A stretch of DNA of 64,000 bases from Bacteroidota bacterium (lineage in GTDB: Bacteria > Bacteroidota > Ignavibacteria > UBA10030 > JAHEZR01), in the NCBI GenBank assembly GCA_049589195.1, contig JBAWAH010000048.1, positions 64,250 through 128,249 of the forward strand, written 5' to 3'. Below, piece by piece: positions 1 to 9,729 of the stretch. The notes under the pieces were generated by a model. That model was given only the letters and a program-made list of their open reading frames with translations. It made no database searches and was not told where the DNA came from. The stretch's first letter is position 1; each line of letters starts with the position of its first letter. The translations under genes and the position numbers were made by a program.

Positions 1-403
1 CGTTGCCGTTGTTGCGGAGGGATGTTTTACCGACTTGCGGACAATAAGTCTCGATCGCCAAAGGCGAATAATCAAGTTGCGTTGGGAATTCCTCGGCAAT
101 CTCGTGATGAACAAGGCAGAGCGCATTGCAGGCTTTGAGTGTGACGTGGTTTCACCACTGAAAGCTCTTGAAGGAATCCAAGTTCCTGTTCTCTTCGCCC
201 ACGGGACGGAGGACTCTATCATCAGCCCACGGTACTCAGAGATGCTATACAGGAAGGCGAATGAACCGAAGGAACTGTATTACATCCGCAACGCATACCA
301 CAACAACACGTGGATCGTAGGAGGGAAAGAGTACGAGGAAAAACTCATCAGTTTCTTTGATCGCTGGCTTGCCCCTACAAGCTCCACCAATAGTTTATCT
401 TGA
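1..403 (+). CDS. alpha/beta-hydrolase fold protein (S9 peptidase / dienelactone-hydrolase-like), C-terminal fragment; 5' end lies outside the window
   Basis: ORF 35..403 starts at a TTG and the frame stays open back to position 2. The C-terminal segment ...PVLFAHGTEDSIISP...AYHN... matches the catalytic Asp/His end of alpha/beta hydrolases. Confidence 0.5.
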   Translation, partial: VAVVAEGCFTDLRTISLDRQRRIIKLRWEFLGNLVMNKAERIAGFECDVVSPLKALEGIQVPVLFAHGTEDSIISPRYSEMLYRKANEPKELYYIRNAYHNNTWIVGGKEYEEKLISFFDRWLAPTSSTNSLS

Positions 404-2822
404 GGAGAAAGACATTGTCAGCCGGCAATCTGAAGGAGTTTGAAAGATTCTCTGAGAATGTGTTGAAGAATCGATCGTCAAAGCCATTCCTTGCCTGCGT
501 CCACACAAGATAGATGGTGCTGCCTGGCAGGTACTCCCAACGGAGCACAACGTTTGCGTTGAAGACTTGCTGGTTGAAGTCTGCTGATAGACCTTGGGCC
601 ATGAGGCGAGACCGGAATTCGGTGTCAAAGCCCACAAACGATGATGGTGAGACAAGTCGTCGATATGCGTCGTAGTGTCCCCTCGCAAGGAAAAGCTGAC
701 CGTAGATCTGAAGAGTCAGATCTCTCGTAAAGGTTATCGTCCCGCCGATCGTCGCGCTGTACTGCCTTGTCTCCCTGCTGCCAAACACCGTCGTATCAGG
801 GAGAATGTTTCCGTATGGGTTGACCCAAGCTTCCTCATTCATGGTAGATCCGAAGAGGAGGTTGGCGGTCAGCTCAGTCCATGTGACTGGTCGAAAGGTA
901 ATGTCAGCGGTGGCAAGAAATATCTTTGCTCCCTTAGCCGTCGAGAGAAAGGTGGCGGAGTATGTTCCGACTGCCTTTGGACGTGGGTCGGTGGTCACAT
1001 CGAGCTTCAGTTGGACTTCAGATGGGCGCTTGTAGAGTTCCCGTCCACGTGTCTCCCTGTCGTCGTAGACACTGAAATTCCGCTGAAATGAAGCGCTCAG
1101 AGTCCAAAAGTTCTTCAACTCGAAGACAGGGTTAAACTCAAAGTTCTTCGTCAAGTTGATATTGTCAAAATTCCATCTGTAGTCGGCGGCTAGCCGTACG
1201 TAATATCGGCGGAGGATCCCGGGTGCAACTAACTCTTGATACTGAACCTGAGAATATCCTCCATGATCATTCGCGCGGAGGAGGAATCCAACGTCGTTGA
1301 TATTGTACTCTCGCGAGGCATAATCATACGTGGTTGTGTAGACCCAATGGTCACCTGCGATCTTTCCAGTGTAAAGTCTGGCGGCTGTTCCAGTCACGCG
1401 GTCGACCGAATTGACACTTGTGTGCGAGAATGCAAGATATCCGTCTGCAGTGTAGGTGTTGTCTGCAAACCGAAGGCTCCAATCCACACCACCGCTTTGA
1501 GCAGGAAGGATTCCACGGCGATTTACCGAGGTGAGCATCGCACCGATTGAGGAGTTCTCCAACACCGTCTTCTTCAGTCGTGCAACCCAAAAGTTCGAGA
1601 GTGGAGCGGCAAGCCGTTCCTCAACCGAGCCGGTCGGGGTAGCCACTGTCGCATGTTCTTCGTCAGTCAGTGCTTCGAGGACGCCAACGGTGAGACCGGA
1701 AGCGGTGTGTGCAGTGAGTTTCCCGGCTCCTAAGATTGTCGTCTTCTTCGGGACGCTGAGGACTTCTTCACCGAGCGCCGGCAGATAGTCCGGCTGAAGC
1801 CCGATTCGACGTGAATAGAATAACCTCATTCCTGTTCCATCAAAAGCTGTCCCGAAGTCAAAAATCTGTGATCCTTCCAGGAAGAAGGGTCGCTTCTCAG
1901 GGTAGAAGGTTTCAAATGACGTGAGGTTTAGTATTGCTTGATCAGCCTCCACTTGGCCGAAATCCGGGTTGAAGGTCGCGTTCAGCGTTGCTGTGCTTGT
2001 GGGTCCGTACCGAACATCGAGACCCACACCGCCCTCGAATTTCTTTTTCTCATCCTCCATAACAGCAGTCGGTTGATACATTTGGCGAGACAGCGCATAC
2101 GGGAGAATCTCGAGGTAAGTCGGTGGGTTAATGTTTGCAATTCCTGTAACGTTTCCAATCTTCGACACAAGTCCGGTTTGTCCATGTGGAATCATTACCC
2201 ATTCATCGGTCTCCTTTTTTCGACTGATGTAGCGGCGAAAGTTGACTCCCCAGGTGTATTTCTTCCTCGGAGGAAAACGTAGCGCGCTGAAGGGGATCTT
2301 CACTTCCACTGACCACCCCGTGCGCAGAATCCTAGTTGCAGACTCCCACACGGCGTCCCAGTTTGTGTCGTAGATCACTCCGTCACTTGAGATAATCCCG
2401 TCTGTCTGAACGCCCGAGGCGTTGACCGAAAAATTGAAGCCGGTGAGTCGGTCGTTGTAGCTGTCGATCGTGATGCCAATCCGATCTGCCTCGCTCGAGC
2501 GGTCACGACGGGTCAGTTGTCTGACAATGCGTTTCGATTGAGAATCATACATCATGATTCCGAAATAGATAGCATTATCGTCAAAGAGGACACGGACGGA
2601 CGTTGACTCGGTCGGTGCGGCGCCCTCGACAGGATCAAACTGTGTGAAGGAAGAACTCGGCGGGGCTAATGACCAGACTTTATCGTTCAGGGAGCCGTCG
2701 ATTCTTGGAGGGGTCGGAGTTCGAGCGGCAAGGATTGATTTCCCGGAGGATCCAGCTTGTGCCTCTGCACAAACGACAAGCAGGAGCACAAAGAGCATGG
2801 TCCGCAAACTGAATGTCTTCAC
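375..2822 (-). CDS. DUF5916-like secreted/outer-membrane protein with an N-terminal CBM9-like carbohydrate-binding domain
   Basis: 815 aa with an N-terminal signal peptide (MKTFSLRTMLFVLLLVVCAEAQA). The segment PPRIDGSLNDKVWSLAP...FTQFDP is typical of CBM9-like/DUF5916 proteins of Bacteroidota. The rest is long and beta-rich. Confidence 0.55.
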   Translation of the reverse strand: MKTFSLRTMLFVLLLVVCAEAQAGSSGKSILAARTPTPPRIDGSLNDKVWSLAPPSSSFTQFDPVEGAAPTESTSVRVLFDDNAIYFGIMMYDSQSKRIVRQLTRRDRSSEADRIGITIDSYNDRLTGFNFSVNASGVQTDGIISSDGVIYDTNWDAVWESATRILRTGWSVEVKIPFSALRFPPRKKYTWGVNFRRYISRKKETDEWVMIPHGQTGLVSKIGNVTGIANINPPTYLEILPYALSRQMYQPTAVMEDEKKKFEGGVGLDVRYGPTSTATLNATFNPDFGQVEADQAILNLTSFETFYPEKRPFFLEGSQIFDFGTAFDGTGMRLFYSRRIGLQPDYLPALGEEVLSVPKKTTILGAGKLTAHTASGLTVGVLEALTDEEHATVATPTGSVEERLAAPLSNFWVARLKKTVLENSSIGAMLTSVNRRGILPAQSGGVDWSLRFADNTYTADGYLAFSHTSVNSVDRVTGTAARLYTGKIAGDHWVYTTTYDYASREYNINDVGFLLRANDHGGYSQVQYQELVAPGILRRYYVRLAADYRWNFDNINLTKNFEFNPVFELKNFWTLSASFQRNFSVYDDRETRGRELYKRPSEVQLKLDVTTDPRPKAVGTYSATFLSTAKGAKIFLATADITFRPVTWTELTANLLFGSTMNEEAWVNPYGNILPDTTVFGSRETRQYSATIGGTITFTRDLTLQIYGQLFLARGHYDAYRRLVSPSSFVGFDTEFRSRLMAQGLSADFNQQVFNANVVLRWEYLPGSTIYLVWTQARNGFDDRFFNTFSENLSNSFRLPADNVFLLKINYWWSL

Positions 2823-2941
2823 TCCGGACTCGCCAACGAACTTTAGTGTATTAGCAAATATTCGCTACACGATAACGTTTTAAGAATTAAATCGCAATAG
2901 AAATTCTGAGCTTCGACAGAATCCGAAAGAAAAGCGCTTTT

Positions 2942-4363
2942 CTAACCATTTTTCACAAGTTTCATGACGCTCTCGATGTGGGAAGTTTGCGGAAAAAGGT
3001 CGAGAGGTTGAATGCATTCAATGCGGTATCCAGCATCTGCAAGAGAACGGACATCTCTCGCTTGAGTAGCTGGGTTGCAGCTGACATACACAATTCGCGA
3101 AGGGTGAAGACGCGCAACGCTCTGGACGACCTTGGGATGCATTCCGCTTCGAGGGGGATCGACAAGGACAACGTCCGAGGTCCCATACTCATCAATCCAT
3201 CTTCTGTCTCTCGTCAAACGTTCCTTGAGGTCGCCCTGGAGGAAGTGACAGTTTGTGACACCGTTCAGGATCGCATTGTGCGTTGCGTCGGTCACTGAAT
3301 TCTGGACGAGCTCAATTCCGATCACTTTTGTCACTTCATCAGAGACATAGATTGAAAGCGCCCCAGCCCCTGAATAAAGATCGTAGACGACATCCGTCGG
3401 CTTGAAGTCGCCGAGGCGTTTCACCAGCTCGAAGAGTTTCTCAGCTTGTTTTGTGTTCGTCTGGAAGAAAGAGTTTGCCGAGATTTGGAACCTGTACTTT
3501 CCGAGTGTCTCGGTGATTGTTCCGGAACCCACATAGACTCGCTCCAACTCGCCAGCTGCTATTTGTGCACGTCGACTATTAATTGTGTTGACGAAGGTCG
3601 TCAGTGTAGGAAATCGATCGAGGAGGTGCTGGCAGAGAGCCGACGCAACAGGTGGTCTGTCATCGAAGGTCACAAGATTGACCATTCGTTCACCGGTGTT
3701 CTTTCCCTCTCTGATGACGAGAAACCTAAGATAACCCGACTGCTTCTCGCTGTCGTACACTTCAAGACTTTTGCCTTGACAAAACTCTTTTACCGCCAAG
3801 AGTATTTCATTGCTCAGTTCTGATTGGAGCAAGCAAGCATCAACGTCAACCACCCTGTCATATCGACCCGAGTGATGAAATCCCAGTGCGAAGTCGTCCC
3901 GACCCGACGGTCGTGCGGTGAATTCTGCATCGAGAAGCCAGCGCTGTCGTGAGAAAGAGAACTCGATTTTATTCCGGTAGAAATAGATTTCGTCGGAGGG
4001 GACTGTCGGCAAGACTTCGATCTCCTTGAATCCTCCAATCCGTTCAAACGCATCGATGACTGTCTGGCGCTTCAATTGAAGCTGGGCTTCGTACAGAGCG
4101 TGCTGCCAGGCACAGCCGCCGCAAACACCAAAGTATTTGCACGGTGGAGTTGTGCGGAGGGGCGAAGCCTTGAGGATGCTTACAGCCTTGCCCACGCCAA
4201 AACTCTGCTTGACTTTGTCGATCCTAACGCGGACGGTATCGCCTGGAACTGCATCAGACACGAAAATCACAAAGCCGTCGCGCCGTGCGACACATTTTCC
4301 TTCAGAAGCGAAATTCTCGACGGTCAATTCGAGTTCTTCACCACGCTTCATATCATTGATCAT
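2942..4363 (-). CDS. rlmD: 23S rRNA (uracil-C5)-methyltransferase RlmD/RumA (TRAM domain + Fe-S + SAM methyltransferase)
   Basis: N-terminal TRAM domain (GDTVRVRIDKVKQSFGVGKAV). Cys cluster C..CGGCAWQH. SAM-MTase motifs (DLYSGAGALS, VVLVDPPRSG). Confidence 0.85.
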   Translation of the reverse strand: MINDMKRGEELELTVENFASEGKCVARRDGFVIFVSDAVPGDTVRVRIDKVKQSFGVGKAVSILKASPLRTTPPCKYFGVCGGCAWQHALYEAQLQLKRQTVIDAFERIGGFKEIEVLPTVPSDEIYFYRNKIEFSFSRQRWLLDAEFTARPSGRDDFALGFHHSGRYDRVVDVDACLLQSELSNEILLAVKEFCQGKSLEVYDSEKQSGYLRFLVIREGKNTGERMVNLVTFDDRPPVASALCQHLLDRFPTLTTFVNTINSRRAQIAAGELERVYVGSGTITETLGKYRFQISANSFFQTNTKQAEKLFELVKRLGDFKPTDVVYDLYSGAGALSIYVSDEVTKVIGIELVQNSVTDATHNAILNGVTNCHFLQGDLKERLTRDRRWIDEYGTSDVVLVDPPRSGMHPKVVQSVARLHPSRIVYVSCNPATQARDVRSLADAGYRIECIQPLDLFPQTSHIESVMKLVKNG

Positions 4364-4432
4364 CTGGTTAGAAGAAAAGAGCCGTCACGCTTCCAAGCTC
4401 GCACCACGCGGGCATCGCCTTTCTTGGCGAAC

Positions 4433-5770
4433 TTACTTGAGGTAATATTTCAGGGGGTTCGGAGTGATCCGGCATTCCTCGGCAATCCGGATAGAGCGGA
4501 TCCTTCCCTCGTCACGTAGCTTGTAGAGACGCGGCACGAGCTTGTCGCGAAGATCGATGGGAGTGAGAGGATTAATGAAGATCGATGTTCCTCCTTCAAA
4601 ACCTGCTGGAACATTTATCCGCCATTTGATAAGAACATGCCAGGGCATTTCGTACACGGCATCAATTGGAGTGTAGTACCACTCGACGTTCGATGAAACC
4701 TCGACCCCGGTGGCTGCATGGCAAGCGTGGACAAGATCGCTGAAACCGCGAAGCTCTTCGTCTGTGTGCTGGTGGGGGCGAGTATGGTTGGATTTAGAAT
4801 GAATCTCAATCGTGGGGAATCGATGGCCGAAACCTGCAAATGCGAGAGCGTGGTCATTCTCCGCGAAAACGAGGTTGTGGCGAGCCGCGAAGTTCGCGCC
4901 GTACTCGTTGAACACATTTGGATCCTCCCTGAGCATCCGAATCTGCCGTTCCAACGAAGCTCCCCAGTCGTCAATTGCTACTAGTTGCTTGTGAAGGTGG
5001 TCAAACGACGCCCCGGCGGGTCTCAGCCAGTTCTGGAAGATACTGATGTACCGGACATACCGGTTGTTCTCGAAGATGTCCATCATCGCGTCGATCGTGA
5101 ACTTGGCAAACCAGAAGTGTTCCTCCGCCGTCAAGTCACCTGAGAAGCAAAGCTGAGAGTCCCACTCGGCGTTATCTCGATAGTGGCGGCGCGCGATAAT
5201 GATCTCATGCCCACCGCCGAAGAAAGCATCGGAGAGCTGGAGCTTTTCTTCGACGGGTATCTTCTCGATCTGTTCCTTCGTCTTTCCTGACATGCGAAGC
5301 TTGTAGTCGATGATCTCAAGCACATGCTTGAGGCCGGCCGGATTTCCAAGATAGCTCTCCTTCCAACGCCTCTTGGCATCGGTGAGCTTGTAGTTGTAGT
5401 TCTTCCTCCAGTAATCAATAGTTACCATCTCGAAGAGATTCGGTGTGCGACGAAACTCCGCCGCTGTATTAGAGAGTTGGTCAGGAGGGACCATGTCAAG
5501 CTTCACATACGCTCCGTCTCGCTTGATGAGGCGAGATTTCTCAGGTGGCGTTTCGAACACGCGAGCCGGACAAAAGCTGCAATAGTCCTCGACTTCCTTC
5601 TTCACTACTCTCGTCGCGGTCGCTGGGATTTGATTGGGAAGAGGTCTGTTCCCTCGTCCCGGGACGGCCCAGACTTCTGTACCAGTGAAGGGGTTAATCT
5701 GCTTCACGGTGCCGTCGGGCATGATGCTGTAGAAGATATTTTCGTGCGTCGAGTTCAAGTCGTTGTCCAT
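4433..5770 (-). CDS. GalT-like HIT-superfamily nucleotidyltransferase/phosphorylase (DUF4921-like)
   Basis: 445 aa with a Cys pair (CSFCP) and a HIT-like H-x-H-x-Q motif (FDHLHKQLVAID), as in galactose-1-phosphate uridylyltransferase family proteins. Lies next to a phosphohexomutase gene. Confidence 0.5.
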   Translation of the reverse strand: MDNDLNSTHENIFYSIMPDGTVKQINPFTGTEVWAVPGRGNRPLPNQIPATATRVVKKEVEDYCSFCPARVFETPPEKSRLIKRDGAYVKLDMVPPDQLSNTAAEFRRTPNLFEMVTIDYWRKNYNYKLTDAKRRWKESYLGNPAGLKHVLEIIDYKLRMSGKTKEQIEKIPVEEKLQLSDAFFGGGHEIIIARRHYRDNAEWDSQLCFSGDLTAEEHFWFAKFTIDAMMDIFENNRYVRYISIFQNWLRPAGASFDHLHKQLVAIDDWGASLERQIRMLREDPNVFNEYGANFAARHNLVFAENDHALAFAGFGHRFPTIEIHSKSNHTRPHQHTDEELRGFSDLVHACHAATGVEVSSNVEWYYTPIDAVYEMPWHVLIKWRINVPAGFEGGTSIFINPLTPIDLRDKLVPRLYKLRDEGRIRSIRIAEECRITPNPLKYYLK

Positions 5771-5832
5771 AGAGTGGAGTTTAGTCGTTCACTAGTTTTT
5801 GCATGTGAGGAAATTCTCAAGATCACTTGTCG

Positions 5833-7227
5833 CTAAACCCGCGTAGCAAAGTCAAGGAGTTTCCGCACTTTGCTTTTTGTATCAGCTTCAGCATAGAACC
5901 TGATCAAAGGCTCTGTTCCTGACGGTCGCACAAGGAGCCAGCCGTTTTCAAGAAAATACTGATAACCGTCCATCTTTCTAACACTGACAACCTTCTCTCC
6001 GGCAATCTCTCCAATTCTCTTCTTGAACCTCTTCCTGATGCGCTCTTTCTGAGCATCAGTAATTCGCAGATCAACTCGGTCGAAATAATGGTTGCCGTAC
6101 TCCTTGAAGAGTTCCTCAACCAGTGCGCTCAAAGGCTTCCTCCGCGTGACCATCATCTCGCAGAGAAGAAGTCCGATGAGGATTCCATCTCGCTCCGGGA
6201 TGTGTCCCCGAACGCCGATGCCCCCGCTCTCCTCACCGGCAATCAAAATATCTCGCTCGACCATCAGTTTGCACAGATGCTTAAAACCCACTGGGGTCTC
6301 GTGAAGCGTCAACCCGTACTTCTCGCACATTTTGTTGATCATCTGGGTGACCGACAGCGACTTTGCGACCTCACCCTTCAGATGCTTCACCTCTACAAAG
6401 TACTTGAGAAGGAGAGCGAACATCCGGTGGGAATCGACGAAATTTCCTTTTTCGTCGACAGCGCCGACCCGGTCTGCATCACCGTCAGTTGCCAGGCCAA
6501 TGTTGAATTTCCCTCTACGGACTTCCTTGCTTAAGTTGAGGAGATTCTCTGCCATCGGCTCGGGCCGAATGCCGCCGAACGAAGGATTGAACTCGTTGTG
6601 CAGCGTTGAGATGCTCGGGACGAGCTGCTGCAAAACTCCCTGACCGGCGCCGTACATCGCGTCGTAGAGGATGCGCAAGCCAGCACCTTTGATAGCCTTC
6701 AGATCAACCTTGGTTTTGATGTCGTTGAGGTATATCTTGGCAAGATCGAGGGTCTCGACGGTTCCTTCCTCAATAAGTTGAGAAAGTGACTTCCGCAGTT
6801 GATGGGTCTTCTGACGCAGAACCTTCTGCAGTTCATCTTCAACCTTGGCGATCTGTTCAGGGTACGCCGGGCCAGCAAACTCTCCCCGAATCTTGAATCC
6901 GTTGTACTGCGCGGGGTTGTGGCTTGCTGTGATAATGACGGCTCCTGCGGCTTTCAGCTTCTTCACGGCGAGAGAGACCATCGGTGTGGTCGCGATGCTG
7001 CTCGCGAGCTTCACGTGGATGCCCGCGTTGCCCAAGACCTCTGAGGTAGTCTCTGCAAACCCCCGAGAAAGAAAGCGTGCGTCGTAGCCGACAATGATTC
7101 CATTGCGGATTTTCTTCTGTCTCCTGAAGTAATTCGCGGTGGCTTGGGCCACCTTGGCAACGTTGTCGAACGTGAAGTCGTCAGCGATGAGGCCGCGCCA
7201 GCCATCCGTACCGAATCGAATCGGCAT
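5833..7227 (-). CDS. phosphoglucomutase/phosphomannomutase (alpha-D-phosphohexomutase family)
   Basis: N-terminal FGTDGWRG motif, catalytic Ser region TASHNP, Mg-binding DGDADR, and a sugar-binding GEESGG. Confidence 0.85.
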   Translation of the reverse strand: MPIRFGTDGWRGLIADDFTFDNVAKVAQATANYFRRQKKIRNGIIVGYDARFLSRGFAETTSEVLGNAGIHVKLASSIATTPMVSLAVKKLKAAGAVIITASHNPAQYNGFKIRGEFAGPAYPEQIAKVEDELQKVLRQKTHQLRKSLSQLIEEGTVETLDLAKIYLNDIKTKVDLKAIKGAGLRILYDAMYGAGQGVLQQLVPSISTLHNEFNPSFGGIRPEPMAENLLNLSKEVRRGKFNIGLATDGDADRVGAVDEKGNFVDSHRMFALLLKYFVEVKHLKGEVAKSLSVTQMINKMCEKYGLTLHETPVGFKHLCKLMVERDILIAGEESGGIGVRGHIPERDGILIGLLLCEMMVTRRKPLSALVEELFKEYGNHYFDRVDLRITDAQKERIRKRFKKRIGEIAGEKVVSVRKMDGYQYFLENGWLLVRPSGTEPLIRFYAEADTKSKVRKLLDFATRV

Positions 7228-7229
7228 CG

Positions 7230-8624
<1,395 letters not shown>

Positions 8625-8662
8625 TCAAATATTCAGTAAAAATCAAACTTTATGGAGGTCAC

Positions 8663-9655
8663 TCACAAGGAGGGTTTCGCTGAGGCTGGTTGCAGACGGC
8701 TCTCAACCGCCCTAAATACCTCGCCAACTTCAAGGAGACTCATGCACTTCATATATTCGTCTCCCTGTTTGTCGCAGAAGTCCAAGTGGCAGGGATGACA
8801 CCAGATGTCTCTACGGAGCGCGACATGTCCTGCGGAGGATTCATAGGGAAACCAGATGTTCTCCTCTCCAGGCCCGAAGATTCCGATTGTCTTCGTTCCG
8901 ACGGCGACAGCGATGTGCATCGGACCGGAGTCGTTGGCGACACATACGTTTGCGTGCGAGAGAATAGCGGCAAGCTGGCGAAGAGGGAGGATGTCAAGAA
9001 CCTTCACGTTTCCCACACACTTGCGAGACACCTCGGTCACGATCTCCCGATCTTTCGGACCCTGAGTGAGAATGACTTGTGCACCGAGCTTTGCTTTGAT
9101 ATGATCTGCTAGCTGTGCAAACCTATCGGAATACCAGACCTTTGCCGGCCAGCTTGCGCCAGTGTGTAGAGCGACGACGGGACGATCCATGTCGACTCCA
9201 TTCCACCGCAGATAGATTCGTGCCTCTCGTCGTTCATCATCACTCAGGAATATCTCTGTCTTCGTTGACGTCGGTGTGATTCCGAGTGCTTGAAGAAACT
9301 GGAAATAGAACTGGCTTGCTGTCTTTGGCCTTCCGTCATCTTTTATTCGATGCGTATACAAGCCGCTTCTTGTTCTCCCATCAAGACCGATGCGGACTCT
9401 CGCGCCAGTTGCGTACGTGTAGAGGGCGGTCCTTGGATTGCCAAAGAAGTCGATAGCCAGATCAAACTTGCGATTCCGCAAGCGTCTGTAGAAGAGCGCT
9501 TGGGAAAAAACGTTCTTTTTGCTGTCGTATGGGATGATCTCATCAAGATGGGGGTTGTGTTCAAGGAGGGAGGCCACTTCTCTTTCCGCAAGGTATGCGA
9601 TGTGCGCCTCCGGATAGGCCTCCCGCATGGCACGGATTGCGGGCGTCGTCAGCAC
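8663..9655 (-). CDS. glycosyltransferase family 9 (ADP-heptose:LPS heptosyltransferase-like)
   Basis: GT9 architecture: an N-terminal Rossmann half, then the C-terminal motif ...LAAILSHANVCVANDSGPMHIAVAVGTKTIGIFGP. Confidence 0.8.
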   Translation of the reverse strand: MLTTPAIRAMREAYPEAHIAYLAEREVASLLEHNPHLDEIIPYDSKKNVFSQALFYRRLRNRKFDLAIDFFGNPRTALYTYATGARVRIGLDGRTRSGLYTHRIKDDGRPKTASQFYFQFLQALGITPTSTKTEIFLSDDERREARIYLRWNGVDMDRPVVALHTGASWPAKVWYSDRFAQLADHIKAKLGAQVILTQGPKDREIVTEVSRKCVGNVKVLDILPLRQLAAILSHANVCVANDSGPMHIAVAVGTKTIGIFGPGEENIWFPYESSAGHVALRRDIWCHPCHLDFCDKQGDEYMKCMSLLEVGEVFRAVESRLQPASAKPSL

Positions 9656-9729
9656 GATATCACCGATGAACCTCAGCCGACTGAGCAGAATGTTTTGGAA
9701 TGTGGACTGCGTTTTTCGTCCTCCGAATC

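Noticed and set aside
2923-2938. Perfect 16-nt palindrome agaaaagcgcttttct just beyond the rlmD stop
   Set aside because: Could be a weak terminator, but the stem is AT-rich and short and is not followed by a clear T-tract on the transcribed strand, so it is left unannotated.
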